This document shows positions 21,484 to 30,956 of a DNA stretch of 64,000 nucleotides, one piece after another. Source of the stretch: Candidatus Poribacteria bacterium (GTDB lineage: Bacteria > Poribacteria > WGA-4E > WGA-3G); NCBI GenBank assembly GCA_965242965.1, contig OZ251518.1, forward strand, positions 5,024,001-5,088,000, given 5' to 3'. The position numbers and the translations under genes were made by a program. The first letter of the stretch is position 1, and each line of letters starts with the position of its first letter. The notes beneath the pieces are model-generated. The model was not told the DNA's origin and made no database searches. It worked only from the letters and a program-made list of their open reading frames with translations.

Positions 21484-22912
21484 ATTTCGCAACAATTATG
21501 GTGCCAGTCTTAAAACTTTCGTCTATCTGAAGTTGATAGACATACACGCCGCTTTCGACGATGTCGCCTGCCTCGTCCGTGCCATCCCAGATGAGTTCCG
21601 TTTCACCGAATGGAGCGGTTAAGGTTTTCACGAGCATGCCATCAATGTTAAAAATAAGCACCATGAACTCGCCTTGCAGCGTGCTGCTTGCTACCGCATC
21701 TTCAAGCGCGCGTGCAGGAAATATCACGCGATTGAAATCTTCGTTCGGCGAGAGCGGCGTGAACGGGTTCGGATACGGCTCATCTAATATCCGCAGGATT
21801 TCCTGTCTCGGTTCAGAAGCGTTATTAGCCTCGTCAATTGCGACAATAGTGTAAACGAAACTGCCGACTTCTAATAGACCTTCATCCAGAAATTTATAGG
21901 TGCTTGCGGATGCCTCCACATCTCTTTCCATCAGCAGGCTGAGCGAAGCTGATGACGGACCAGAGGCAATCTGATACCGGACAACGTCACGGCTGGCACT
22001 CGGTGTCCACGTGAGTTCAATGCCTTCGCTCAGTGCAACGAGTTCAAATGTCGCCGGGGGCGATGGGGCCGCGGTATCCTCCGAGACGTTCACCGTCTGC
22101 ATGGCAGAACGTTCCGAACGGAGTTGCAGCGTCTTGTAAGCGGCTATCTGATAGATATGGCTACCTGGCGAGACGTTCACATCGCGATAGGTGGTTGAGG
22201 ACGCGTTTTCGACGTTGATGGTTGGCACAAATTCCTGCGCGATAGGCTGTCCCGTATTTGGTTTCCGATAGATGAGATAGCCGTTGACATCCGGGTCTGC
22301 TGATTTTTGCCAGCGGAGCGTGACATCGTTCTCGCCGGTCGCGTCCGCCTCGGCGGTAAATCTGACGACAGGTGCCGGCGGCACATTCGGAATCACTTGT
22401 AAGGTGAAATCGTCGTTGTTGAGTTTTCCATCTGCTTGGCCAGCGCGGATAAATTCGCCGATGGGGCCGTCTTGCAGATTGCGGAGACGCGCGCGGAACG
22501 TTGCTGCCAGTAGCACAGTATTCGGGGTGCGGCAGTCAAAATAAATGGCGTAGACAGAATTCTGAAGATCTACGATGACATCGGCGAGTTCAATGCGCAG
22601 CTGATTAGCGGAGACGACAGCTCGCGCCACAAGCCTGCTGCCATCGCGCGTGATGCCGCGAAAATCGGCTGAGCGGGTTAAGAAGCCGGGCGGCAACTCA
22701 ATTTCAATCGTCTTAATCTCCTCGCCTGGCTCGGCTAAGGAACGATCTACGCTGAGTGTAACGACGAGCGGCACAGTAGAACTCGCGGGGACAACGCCTT
22801 TCGCCTCCCCCTCAACGTTAATCTCGCCTACAGATGTCACCGCGCCATAACTGTTCGCGGCGATGAGCAGACAGATAATTACTATTTTCGTTTTTCGCAA
22901 GGCGTTTTTCAT
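21482..22912 (-). CDS. Exported fibronectin-III-like protein with C-terminal FlgD-Ig/T9SS-like sorting domain
   Basis: FN3-like VTLRW...GYLIYR..Y.D; C-terminus PYPNPFTP...IFNIDG.LVKTL...WDGTDEAG..V.SGVYVYQL. Confidence 0.8.
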   Translation of the reverse strand: MKNALRKTKIVIICLLIAANSYGAVTSVGEINVEGEAKGVVPASSTVPLVVTLSVDRSLAEPGEEIKTIEIELPPGFLTRSADFRGITRDGSRLVARAVVSANQLRIELADVIVDLQNSVYAIYFDCRTPNTVLLAATFRARLRNLQDGPIGEFIRAGQADGKLNNDDFTLQVIPNVPPAPVVRFTAEADATGENDVTLRWQKSADPDVNGYLIYRKPNTGQPIAQEFVPTINVENASSTTYRDVNVSPGSHIYQIAAYKTLQLRSERSAMQTVNVSEDTAAPSPPATFELVALSEGIELTWTPSASRDVVRYQIASGPSSASLSLLMERDVEASASTYKFLDEGLLEVGSFVYTIVAIDEANNASEPRQEILRILDEPYPNPFTPLSPNEDFNRVIFPARALEDAVASSTLQGEFMVLIFNIDGMLVKTLTAPFGETELIWDGTDEAGDIVESGVYVYQLQIDESFKTGTIIVAK

Positions 22913-23384
22913 GTCCCACTTGGCTAGGCGGGTTGTCTTCTCATGCTGTTTTTTGTTCATCATAGTTGTCCAAACCTTTCGTTTTTCGCAAGGTGTTTTT
23001 CATGTCCCACTTAGATGAGGGTGTTTCATATCTCGATGTCTTCCCGGTAGGCGAGACCTCCTGGTCTCGATGCCCACCGTATCGGGACAAGGATGTCCCT
23101 CCTACCGTAAGGCATTGGGCCCACTTCTGTAGTTCGGGATCGCCTGATCCCGAACGAGTCAAGATCGCTTGGCAAATGTGCCAGAGCTTCAGACGATCTT
23201 GACCTATAGGGAGGATGCGGTCTGCCAACCAAACGCATGGCGAGGGACAGGTTTTCCCACCGCCCTACGTGAAGGAGAGGCATTTTTTTCCGCATCGCGG
23301 GGCCTATCACCGCGACGTTGGGCGATTTATGAAACACCCTCACTTGGATAGGCGGGTTGTCTTCTCAGTCCGTTTTTGTTCATT
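22883..23384. repeat. ~90-bp tandem duplication of the gene leader; second copy interrupted by a TIR element
   Basis: TTTTCGCAAGG(C/T)GTTTTTCATGTCCCACTT|GG(C/A)TAGGCGGGTTGTCTTCTCA..TTTTTGTTCAT is intact at 22883-22960 and split at 22978-23015 / 23343-23383. Confidence 0.85.
23016..23342. mobile_element. MITE-like TIR-bounded REP container
   Basis: TGAGGGTGTTTCATA...TATGAAACACCCTCA; flanks CTTAGA/CTTGGA. Confidence 0.8.
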
Positions 23385-24362
23385 TTAGAAAACCAAATTC
23401 ACCGACAACCGCTGCGTTGTGTTATCGCGGAAAACGCCGGTGAGCAGTTGGAATCCGTAGTCCAATTGCAAATGGGTGGCACTCATTGGGATTTTCAGAC
23501 TCGCGCCGAGGGCGATGGTGGCGGCGGAATCCACGCCGTTCTTCACGCCGTAACCGCCACGCGCGGCGATATTGTTACTGAACCAAACTTCCGCGCCGAC
23601 GCGGACATGCGTTTCTCCATCACGCAGTGCCACCTCCAGCGTCGCCAAACTAGATTTCAGTATGTTGCTTACTGTCGCGCCTTGCGCGCTCATTTCCGCG
23701 ATGGATGCAAGCCGATACGCCACCCCTGCTCGGATATTGCGAGGCACCGAATCGGTGAATGCGTCGGAGATGCTCATGTCCGCTGGCACGAGATTTTCCG
23801 CAGCAACGCCGATGCTCAGCCCGGCGACAGGCTTGGCAATTATCCCTATGTCCATTGAAATCGCCGAGGCGGAAGTTTGCGTAAAATAGTCGTTCCCGGC
23901 GACAAATTCGTTGGTTGCATCGAAGGCAGTGCTGAAACGTTTCAGGTTAGCACCGATGGAAAATTGCTTGAGGAACGCCTTGCTGTAAGAGAATACCAGC
24001 GTCTGCTCTCGATAAATCTCCGAATCCTCAGCCAATATGCCGATATGCGCGCCAATGGAACCGAGAATGCCAACCGGAACAACGCCGCTCAACGCCGTAT
24101 AAGTGATGAGCCCGTTGAATCGCTGCTCGCGTGTCGCTCCGACGTGAATTGCATCGAGGTAGCCTAATCCGGCTGCGTTGTAGTTTGCTGCGTTGCTATC
24201 GTCAGCGAGTGCGACGAATGCGCCGCCGAGTCCCAACGGACGTGCCCCGATGCCGATGTCGTTAAACGCCGCGAAGGTGGAACTCGCAAAGAGAATAAGC
24301 GCGAAAACTAGCACTAACATGCCTATTTTCGCCACGTTAGAGAATGTGTGTCTCTGCATCAT
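23385..24362 (-). CDS. PorV/PorQ-like outer-membrane beta-barrel protein
   Basis: GIGARPLGLGGAFVALADD...NAAGL N-terminal motif; alternating beta strands; C-terminal Phe. Confidence 0.8.
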   Translation of the reverse strand: MMQRHTFSNVAKIGMLVLVFALILFASSTFAAFNDIGIGARPLGLGGAFVALADDSNAANYNAAGLGYLDAIHVGATREQRFNGLITYTALSGVVPVGILGSIGAHIGILAEDSEIYREQTLVFSYSKAFLKQFSIGANLKRFSTAFDATNEFVAGNDYFTQTSASAISMDIGIIAKPVAGLSIGVAAENLVPADMSISDAFTDSVPRNIRAGVAYRLASIAEMSAQGATVSNILKSSLATLEVALRDGETHVRVGAEVWFSNNIAARGGYGVKNGVDSAATIALGASLKIPMSATHLQLDYGFQLLTGVFRDNTTQRLSVNLVF

Positions 24363-24454
24363 AGATGTTCTTGTGGAGGCGTGAACCTCCTTCGGTGCTC
24401 CTTTTTTCTTACAGATAGGTGCGGTTTTCAACCGCGCAGGCGTTAGGTGCGCGC

Positions 24455-25099
24455 TTACACATCGCGCCTACCAGAAAATCCTGTCATTGGCACAAAATTG
24501 ACACCGGTAACCGTTTTCGTCTCTGTTTCTCCCGCTGTCTTCTGAATCAAAAGCAGGTGTTGCACTATACTACCGACAGGAATAACCAACCTGCCGCCTT
24601 CGTCCAATTGGCGAACTAGCCGTTGCGGAATCTCCTTCGGTGCCGCTGCAACGAGGATAGCGTCATAAGGCGCGTGCTCTTGCCAGCCGTAATGCCCGTC
24701 CCCTTGTTTGAAACGGATATTCTGATAGTTGAAGGTTTCCGTTAACCTCACCTTCGCGCTCTCGGCAAGTTCAGGCAGAATCTCAACGGAATAGACTTCT
24801 CCCGCCAATTCCGCCAAAACGGCGGTTTGATAGCCGCACCCTGTGCCTATCTCAAGCACTTTTGATGTCGGCGTTAGCGCGAGCAGTTCTGTCATCAATG
24901 CCACAATGTAGGGCTGCGAGATTGTCTGTCCACACGCAATTGGGAGGGGACTATCCTGATACGCCGAGTTGACATACGCTGGCGTGACGAAGAGGTGGCG
25001 TTTCACCTTGCGCATGACAGCAAGCACCTGCGGGTTGCGGATACCGCGTTTCTCAAGTTGGTGTTGCACCATTTCCTGTCGTTGTATTGCAGCGTCCAT
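24455..25099 (-). CDS. pcm: Protein-L-isoaspartate O-methyltransferase
   Basis: RHLFV, AYQDSPLPI..GQTISQPYIV, VLEIGTGCGYQTA, APYDAI. Confidence 0.96.
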   Translation of the reverse strand: MDAAIQRQEMVQHQLEKRGIRNPQVLAVMRKVKRHLFVTPAYVNSAYQDSPLPIACGQTISQPYIVALMTELLALTPTSKVLEIGTGCGYQTAVLAELAGEVYSVEILPELAESAKVRLTETFNYQNIRFKQGDGHYGWQEHAPYDAILVAAAPKEIPQRLVRQLDEGGRLVIPVGSIVQHLLLIQKTAGETETKTVTGVNFVPMTGFSGRRDV

Positions 25100-25109
25100 C
25101 GCGGGCCCC

Positions 25110-27482
25110 CTAATCGCTCAGTGATACCTGATACGGCATCAAGAGAAAAAGCCTGTGCCGCATGATTTTTAGCAAACGGCTGTCCACAAAAGTGCGAGGC
25201 GTTGAAAGCAAACGATAGTTGTTGACGAGCTGTGATACCCATGTCTGTTTCGGAAGCCGGACGATGTCCACAGCCTGTTTCTCCAATCCTGCCTTCTCTT
25301 GCGCGATTTCAAGGGCGCGGCTTAACCCGCCGAGTTCATCGACAAGTCCGTTCTTTTTCGCCTGCGCGCCTGTCCAGATGCGCCCACGGCCGAGGTTATC
25401 TACCTCTTCCTTCGTTAACCTAGGCCGTCCGATAGCAACTTTTGTGATAAAATCGTCGTAAATCTCCGCAATTTGTCTGCGGACGATGTCCTGTTCTGCG
25501 GGGGGATAGTCGCCGTAATCGGTGTAAAAATCGGCGTGCTTGCCGCGTTTCAAGATTTCCTTACGGATACCGAATGTTTGGTAAAGTCCCTTGAAACTAT
25601 ACTTGCCGCCGATAACGCCGATAGAACCGGTGATGGTGCCGGGTTCAGCGACGATGACATTCGCCGGCGTAGCAATATAGTAGCCGCCCGATGCCGCCAC
25701 ATCTGCCATGGAAACGACGAGCGGTTTCTCTGCAGCGAGCAGCACAAGTTCACGCCACAAAATGTCTGCAGCCACAACGAGCCCACCCCCGCTGTCAATT
25801 CGCAACACGACTGCTTTTATTGCATCGTCTTCGCGCACACTGCGAATAGCGCGCGCAATTGTATCCGAACCCATCACCCGCGTGCCCATCAACGGCTCGG
25901 TGAAACTATCGCCTGTCATCATCAACCCTTCTGCCTCAATAATCGCAATCTTCGGCCGGGGCACTTGCCAATTGTGGACGTAAAGCCCGCTATTCGCATA
26001 CTCGCCGAGGGTGACTAATTCCGTGGCGGAATCGGTAAGGGCAGCCACGACATTCGGCAATTCGTCTTCATAGACGAGTCTGTCAACTAATTTGGCATCG
26101 CGCGCACCCCGCGCGGTATAAGGGCCGCCGTCAATCAAGTTTTTGACGGTTTCTGGTGTCCATCTGCTGTTTGCTCCACGGTTTGTAACTATCGCTGTTA
26201 CTAACTGCTCATAGAGTTCGTCAAGGATAACGTTCTGCACTTCGCGATGTGCTTCTGACATATCTCGCCGCGTGAACGTTTCCGCCGCGGATTTATACTT
26301 CCCAATCCGTTCAATATTTGCCTGGATGCCGAGCATATCCAACGCGTCTTTGTAAAACGCGTATTCGGCGCGCAGCCCGATGAGCCGCACCTCCGCCGAA
26401 GGGTGCATCAGAATCTTATCACATGCCGAGGCGACGATGTAATCCCCGGTAGAACAACTAGAGATATAACTGATAACGATGCGCCCGGACTCCTTGAAAT
26501 CAAGAATGGCATCACGCATTTCTTGCAGTTGTCCCATCCCGTAGCCGCTGCCGTTAATGCGGATAAGCACGCCCGCGACATCTTTGTCCCGCTTCGCGAT
26601 GCGCAGCGTTCGTTCCAGCGAACGCATGGACAACTCGAGAAACTTGCGCCGACGCGGAATGGCTCTTGTCTTCGGCGCGCTAGAGAATTGGAAATAACCG
26701 ACACCCGTTTGCGCGCTGTCCGCATCAAAACGGTTGTCTGTCCCCACTCCCCAATTCCCGATGTTGATACCGAAACGGACATCAAAACTCCTGTCGCTGT
26801 TCAACGTGCCGCGGAGCATCAACTCTCGGATAGGACGCAACTCCAGCGCGTATTGAAAGTCAACGCCTTCGATGCCCCGCGTTTTCTGCATATCAAGCGA
26901 GAAGGTTGCTCGCCACGTGCCAGGACGCAGCGCGATCCCTACGTCATAAGTGCGTCCCAACTTTTCGCCTAACAACTTCGGACGGTTCAGATTCCGAGTT
27001 ATCGCGCCGATTGAAAAATAACGGCGACGATACATCAATCCCAACGACAGCGAACGGAATGTGTCGTAACCCCGCACATCGGAATTTATCCAACTGTAAC
27101 TAGTGCCCCAGTAAAGCGCGCTCCCTAAATGCCGCCCGGTAGAGAGGCTATACCGGGTGAAGTCAATGTCGTCTGCCGCCGTTGCAAACTCCATGCTAAA
27201 TCCCGCGCCCGGGGTTGCGATGAAAAAAGCGTCATCGCCGGGCTGCGACTCACTCTGGTATGTCCGCAGGTAATAGAGGTTCAGCGCGCGGCCTGCGCCC
27301 AATCCCGCCGGATTGAAAAACGTCGCCAGGGCATCGTCACTCACGGCGACAGAACTCACCGGCAAGTGGGTGCGCGCCTTCGGCGGCGCAGCTATCGCGA
27401 TGCAGGCAAATAGCATACCACATACACTAGCGACCCAAATATAGCGTTTGCGAGCAGAACGTAAAACCATAAACAGCACCAA
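25110..27482 (-). CDS. sppA: Signal peptide peptidase SppA with N-terminal beta-barrel-like extension
   Basis: GKYKSAAE, LRIDSGGG, AASGGYY, TITGSIGV, GRIWTG.QA..NGLVDELGG; first ~270 aa beta-rich. Confidence 0.88.
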   Translation of the reverse strand: MVLFMVLRSARKRYIWVASVCGMLFACIAIAAPPKARTHLPVSSVAVSDDALATFFNPAGLGAGRALNLYYLRTYQSESQPGDDAFFIATPGAGFSMEFATAADDIDFTRYSLSTGRHLGSALYWGTSYSWINSDVRGYDTFRSLSLGLMYRRRYFSIGAITRNLNRPKLLGEKLGRTYDVGIALRPGTWRATFSLDMQKTRGIEGVDFQYALELRPIRELMLRGTLNSDRSFDVRFGINIGNWGVGTDNRFDADSAQTGVGYFQFSSAPKTRAIPRRRKFLELSMRSLERTLRIAKRDKDVAGVLIRINGSGYGMGQLQEMRDAILDFKESGRIVISYISSCSTGDYIVASACDKILMHPSAEVRLIGLRAEYAFYKDALDMLGIQANIERIGKYKSAAETFTRRDMSEAHREVQNVILDELYEQLVTAIVTNRGANSRWTPETVKNLIDGGPYTARGARDAKLVDRLVYEDELPNVVAALTDSATELVTLGEYANSGLYVHNWQVPRPKIAIIEAEGLMMTGDSFTEPLMGTRVMGSDTIARAIRSVREDDAIKAVVLRIDSGGGLVVAADILWRELVLLAAEKPLVVSMADVAASGGYYIATPANVIVAEPGTITGSIGVIGGKYSFKGLYQTFGIRKEILKRGKHADFYTDYGDYPPAEQDIVRRQIAEIYDDFITKVAIGRPRLTKEEVDNLGRGRIWTGAQAKKNGLVDELGGLSRALEIAQEKAGLEKQAVDIVRLPKQTWVSQLVNNYRLLSTPRTFVDSRLLKIMRHRLFLLMPYQVSLSD

Positions 27483-27510
27483 GCCAAAGCGTCAAAAGAG
27501 ATACATATCT

Positions 27511-27539
27511 ATTATACCACAAAACGGCGGAAATTGCAA
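27511..27539 (-). promoter_or_regulatory. sigma70-like promoter of the sppA-pcm operon
   Basis: TTGCAA-17bp-TATAAT. Confidence 0.65.
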
Positions 27540-27557
27540 CAAAAATGCGAATTTTAC

Positions 27558-28030
27558 CGAGGGAGTTTCATAAATCGATGCCTTCCCGGTAGGAGAGACC
27601 TCCCGGTCTCGATGCAATAGGTGGCGCGCCTCCCGGGGCCGCGCCAGCAGAAAGCCTCCCTTCATCGTAGGGCTTGGGCCCTCGGATGCCACACGCGCAT
27701 CCGAGCGGGTTCCCCTCGCCATCGTCCGCGCTGCGAAAAAAACGTCTCTTGTCATCGTAGGGCGAGGGCCTGTCCCTCGCCATCGTCCGCGCTGCGAAAA
27801 AAACGTCTCTGGTTCTCTTCAGATCCGTAGGACCTAATACGGCATTGTGGCGATAGAGATCGCGGGGGACAGGCCCCCGCGCTACGGTTGTCGAGCCCGC
27901 CTTCCTTTCACCGTAGGCGAGGGCCCTCGCCATCGTCCGCGCACTCCAACGATCGCGGGGAACAGGCCCCCGCGCTACGGTTGCCGAGGCCGCCTCCCTT
28001 TCATCGTAGGGCCCAAGCCCTACGATAAAA
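27558..28030. mobile_element. REP cluster with only a left TIR (one-ended container)
   Basis: GAGGGAGTTTCATAAATCG followed by GTAG-hairpin modules; no right TIR found. Confidence 0.65.
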
Positions 28031-28058
28031 ATAACGCCTTCCTTGCGCGGCGGAGAAC

Positions 28059-30488
28059 TCAAAATTCCACTGTCAGTCCGAGATACGGGATGATGGGAAA
28101 TTGCCCTACCTCTTCCACGCTGCCATCCTCAGGATTCGTAAATCGCATGACATTTCGCCGATTATAGGCGTTCAAAATTTCCAGGAACCCGCCTATCTTC
28201 CAACCGTCGAAATCCCATTTTTTGCTTATCCGCACATCCAACCGATGGTAGGATGGCAGCGCAATTAAGTCGTCATCTTCAGTTTCAAAGGGTAGTTTGC
28301 GCATCCCGCGCGTAACCGGATCTTGGATTAAGAAGATATCGGCGATTGGAACGTCGGATGTGCCGCTGGAATACTGCCACTTCGCCCCTATATCAAACGT
28401 CGGCGAGAAATTGTAACTCGCCACGATGCTGACGACGCTGGTGTTGTCAAAGAGGTAGGGTTGATACTCGGCTTCGGGATGCGCTCGGCGTTCCGCGTGT
28501 GTCCACGCATACGAAATCCAGCCGAAAAATTTATCGGTGATACGGTGCCGCAGGAACATCTCCGCGCCACCGACATACCCCACACCCTGATTGAGATACC
28601 CTTCGGCTTCATCCGGCGTTACCAAATCTGCCTGCGTTTTGTAATACCCCGCCAACTTAAGTTCGGTTTGAGAGGTGAGCTCCTGCTCCAATTCCACGAT
28701 GTAGTGGCTGGTGACGCTTGAGGTTAACGCCGGATTTCCGTCTTCCGCAAGCATTTCATTCGGTTTCGGGCTCTGTTCATACCGTCCGTAAGCGAGACGC
28801 AGGTCTGCACCACTCGGCATTTTGATGGCAAGACTGGCGCGCGGCTGCACCGAGATTTCGTCTGTTATGTTGAGGTAATCTAGCCGAACGCCCAGTGCCG
28901 CCGATAGAAATGAAGACGGTTCATATCGCGTTTGGAGGTAACCTTCGGCACGGCGAAACTGTTTGTTGAATTCGTCGCGAGTTTCCTCGGTCCGCGTCTC
29001 CTGTAAAAAAGTCCCTTCGCTGCCATCGGGTTCGTTCCTGAAGACAACTGCCTCGTCTCCATCCGCCCGAGCCTCTTCAAGCAATTCTCCCAGGTCTTCG
29101 CCTTCTGGCACTTCCGTTTCCTCGGTGACTGGCAGATTGGTGTAAGAAAAACTTGTCGCGGGGCTGATGGAAAAAAGAAACCCCGGTTCAAACTGAAGCG
29201 TCGGTGTGATTTTATATGACACGTCTTCGCGCAGCGTGTAAACGGGAACGTTCACTTGAATGTCATAGTGCGAATACTCAGTGGACTCCACTTCCCACTC
29301 ACCGTCTGGGCCCCGTGCAAAAGTCTCGTCTGTCACCAGATCGAAGTCAACGTTGAGAAAATTGTGGGAACGCGTGAGAGAGAGGTGTGAGGTAAGCTCT
29401 TCCGTGAAATGCGAACGGAGATGTATCCCTTGTGCCTCAAACCCGTTTTTGAAATAGGCAGAAGAAGACGAGCCTTCAACGCCTTCGGGGGTTGAAAGCG
29501 TGGTTTCAGAGTCTGCATCCGCTGCGATGATGTCAAATTCAAAATGATCGGCGGCACCAAAGGCGTTGAGCGTCAGGTGATGCTTCTCCGCCACGTCGTG
29601 GGCATATTTGAATTGGTAATCTGAAAAGTAGGGCCACACGTTATTTCCCTCTATGAACTGACCGGCCACGAGGTCAAGGTAACTCCGCCGTCCAGAGAGA
29701 TAAACATATCCCTTCTCGCCGATTTGTCCTTCCAACAGCCCCTCCGAATAGAGGATATTGAGGTTGAAAGTGCCGCTGAATGTCTCGTCTTCCAATTTAT
29801 CCCGCGACCGGATGTCAATCACCGTTTGCGCATCCAACCCGAATTCCGCGCCGTAGCCGCCGGCGTAGATGTGGATGTCGTCAATAATTTCGGAACTGAT
29901 AGTTGAGACAATTCCGCCGTAGTGGAACGGATATCCCATTGGTGTCCGATCGAAATAGATGAGATTGTCGCCCGGCGCGCTCCCACGGATATAGAGCGAG
30001 CCAACAAAATCGTTTGGAATGCCGATGCTCGGCAGCGTCATGAGGCCCTTAAGCGCATCGCCACCGGTGCCGGGAAGACGTAGCAACTCACTGCCCCGAA
30101 TCTCCTGCCGACTCACGGTAGGTGGCACGCGCGCGCCTTCAATGATAACCTTCTCAAGTTCAAAGATTTCGCCGAGGTAGACTTTCACTTGTGTTGTATC
30201 GCCCACCCGCACCTCCAGCGTGACTTCCTTTGCCTCGGTATAGGTAGGATGCGAGATGGATAACGTGTAAGTTCCGGGTGCAACCTCGGTGAACCAAAAC
30301 GTCCCATCTTCGTCGGAGGTTTGGTGTTCGTCGGTTTCAAGCAGATGCACATCGGCATCGGCTAACGGCGCGCCGGTAATTTGTTCAGCGACGGTGCCTT
30401 GAATTGTCCCGGTTGCGGCGGGTTCGGATTGGGCAAAAACGGCTACTGGCACTGTGAGAACCAGCAGCAGCCAAAAAAAATGTTTCAC
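28059..30488 (-). CDS. TonB-dependent receptor with N-terminal carboxypeptidase-regulatory-like domain
   Basis: Signal peptide, GTIQGTV..., plug LYIRGS..GDNL, GGYGAEFG, LPSYHRLDVR, NAYNRRN, C-terminal F. Confidence 0.92.
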   Translation of the reverse strand: MKHFFWLLLVLTVPVAVFAQSEPAATGTIQGTVAEQITGAPLADADVHLLETDEHQTSDEDGTFWFTEVAPGTYTLSISHPTYTEAKEVTLEVRVGDTTQVKVYLGEIFELEKVIIEGARVPPTVSRQEIRGSELLRLPGTGGDALKGLMTLPSIGIPNDFVGSLYIRGSAPGDNLIYFDRTPMGYPFHYGGIVSTISSEIIDDIHIYAGGYGAEFGLDAQTVIDIRSRDKLEDETFSGTFNLNILYSEGLLEGQIGEKGYVYLSGRRSYLDLVAGQFIEGNNVWPYFSDYQFKYAHDVAEKHHLTLNAFGAADHFEFDIIAADADSETTLSTPEGVEGSSSSAYFKNGFEAQGIHLRSHFTEELTSHLSLTRSHNFLNVDFDLVTDETFARGPDGEWEVESTEYSHYDIQVNVPVYTLREDVSYKITPTLQFEPGFLFSISPATSFSYTNLPVTEETEVPEGEDLGELLEEARADGDEAVVFRNEPDGSEGTFLQETRTEETRDEFNKQFRRAEGYLQTRYEPSSFLSAALGVRLDYLNITDEISVQPRASLAIKMPSGADLRLAYGRYEQSPKPNEMLAEDGNPALTSSVTSHYIVELEQELTSQTELKLAGYYKTQADLVTPDEAEGYLNQGVGYVGGAEMFLRHRITDKFFGWISYAWTHAERRAHPEAEYQPYLFDNTSVVSIVASYNFSPTFDIGAKWQYSSGTSDVPIADIFLIQDPVTRGMRKLPFETEDDDLIALPSYHRLDVRISKKWDFDGWKIGGFLEILNAYNRRNVMRFTNPEDGSVEEVGQFPIIPYLGLTVEF

Positions 30489-30511
30489 AATGAGTTCTCC
30501 TTGTGATGAGG

Positions 30512-30604
30512 TTAACAGTTGGAAAGCACGGGGGGGGTCTTCAGGCCGGTGGGTTTCATGCGGACAGCAAAGCCCGCGAAGAGGAAAGCGAATGGGATTT
30601 TCAT
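30512..30604 (-). CDS. Putative 30-aa leader peptide/uORF MKIPFAFLFAGFAVRMKPTGLKTPPVLSNC
   Basis: AAGGAG RBS 8 nt before the ATG; lies between a consensus promoter and the receptor RBS. Confidence 0.55.
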   Translation of the reverse strand: MKIPFAFLFAGFAVRMKPTGLKTPPVLSNC

Positions 30605-30660
30605 TGGTTTGTCTCCTTTAAATTGACGTAAAGATGAAATCGGAATTAAACGTTGGATAT

Positions 30661-30689
30661 ATTATACTATTTTTTCGCGTTTTTGTCAA
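30661..30689 (-). promoter_or_regulatory. Perfect-consensus sigma70 promoter of the uORF/TonB receptor
   Basis: TTGACA-17bp-TATAAT exactly. Confidence 0.8.
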
Positions 30690-30699
30690 ATTAAAAATG

Positions 30700-30950
30700 C
30701 GAGCAGGATGTGGAGCAGGATATAAGCAGGATTTACAAGATTTCCAGGATTTCACAGGATTAGGTCTCTGGTGCGCCGGCGTGGTTGTGACCTGCCACGG
30801 GATGTTCGATGCATCAGCATCTATAATCGTGGTAAATCGTGATAAGAGGGACGATCAGGAAAACCTGAAGAGGGACGATCAGGAAAACCTGATCGTCTTG
30901 ACAGGCGTGACCGTCTTGACAGGCGTGACCGTGTAAATCCTGCTTCAGAC
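30700..30950. repeat. CAGGATT-type short-repeat element with internal 24-bp and 18-bp duplications
   Basis: GCAGGAT(T) reiterated on the left and AATCCTGC on the right; AAGAGGGACGATCAGGAAAACCTG x2; CGTCTTGACAGGCGTGAC x2. Confidence 0.7.
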
Positions 30951-30956
30951 GATTTG

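Noticed and set aside
30489-30660. Cobalamin or TPP riboswitch before the TonB receptor
   Set aside because: No recognisable conserved boxes; the leader is occupied by a uORF.
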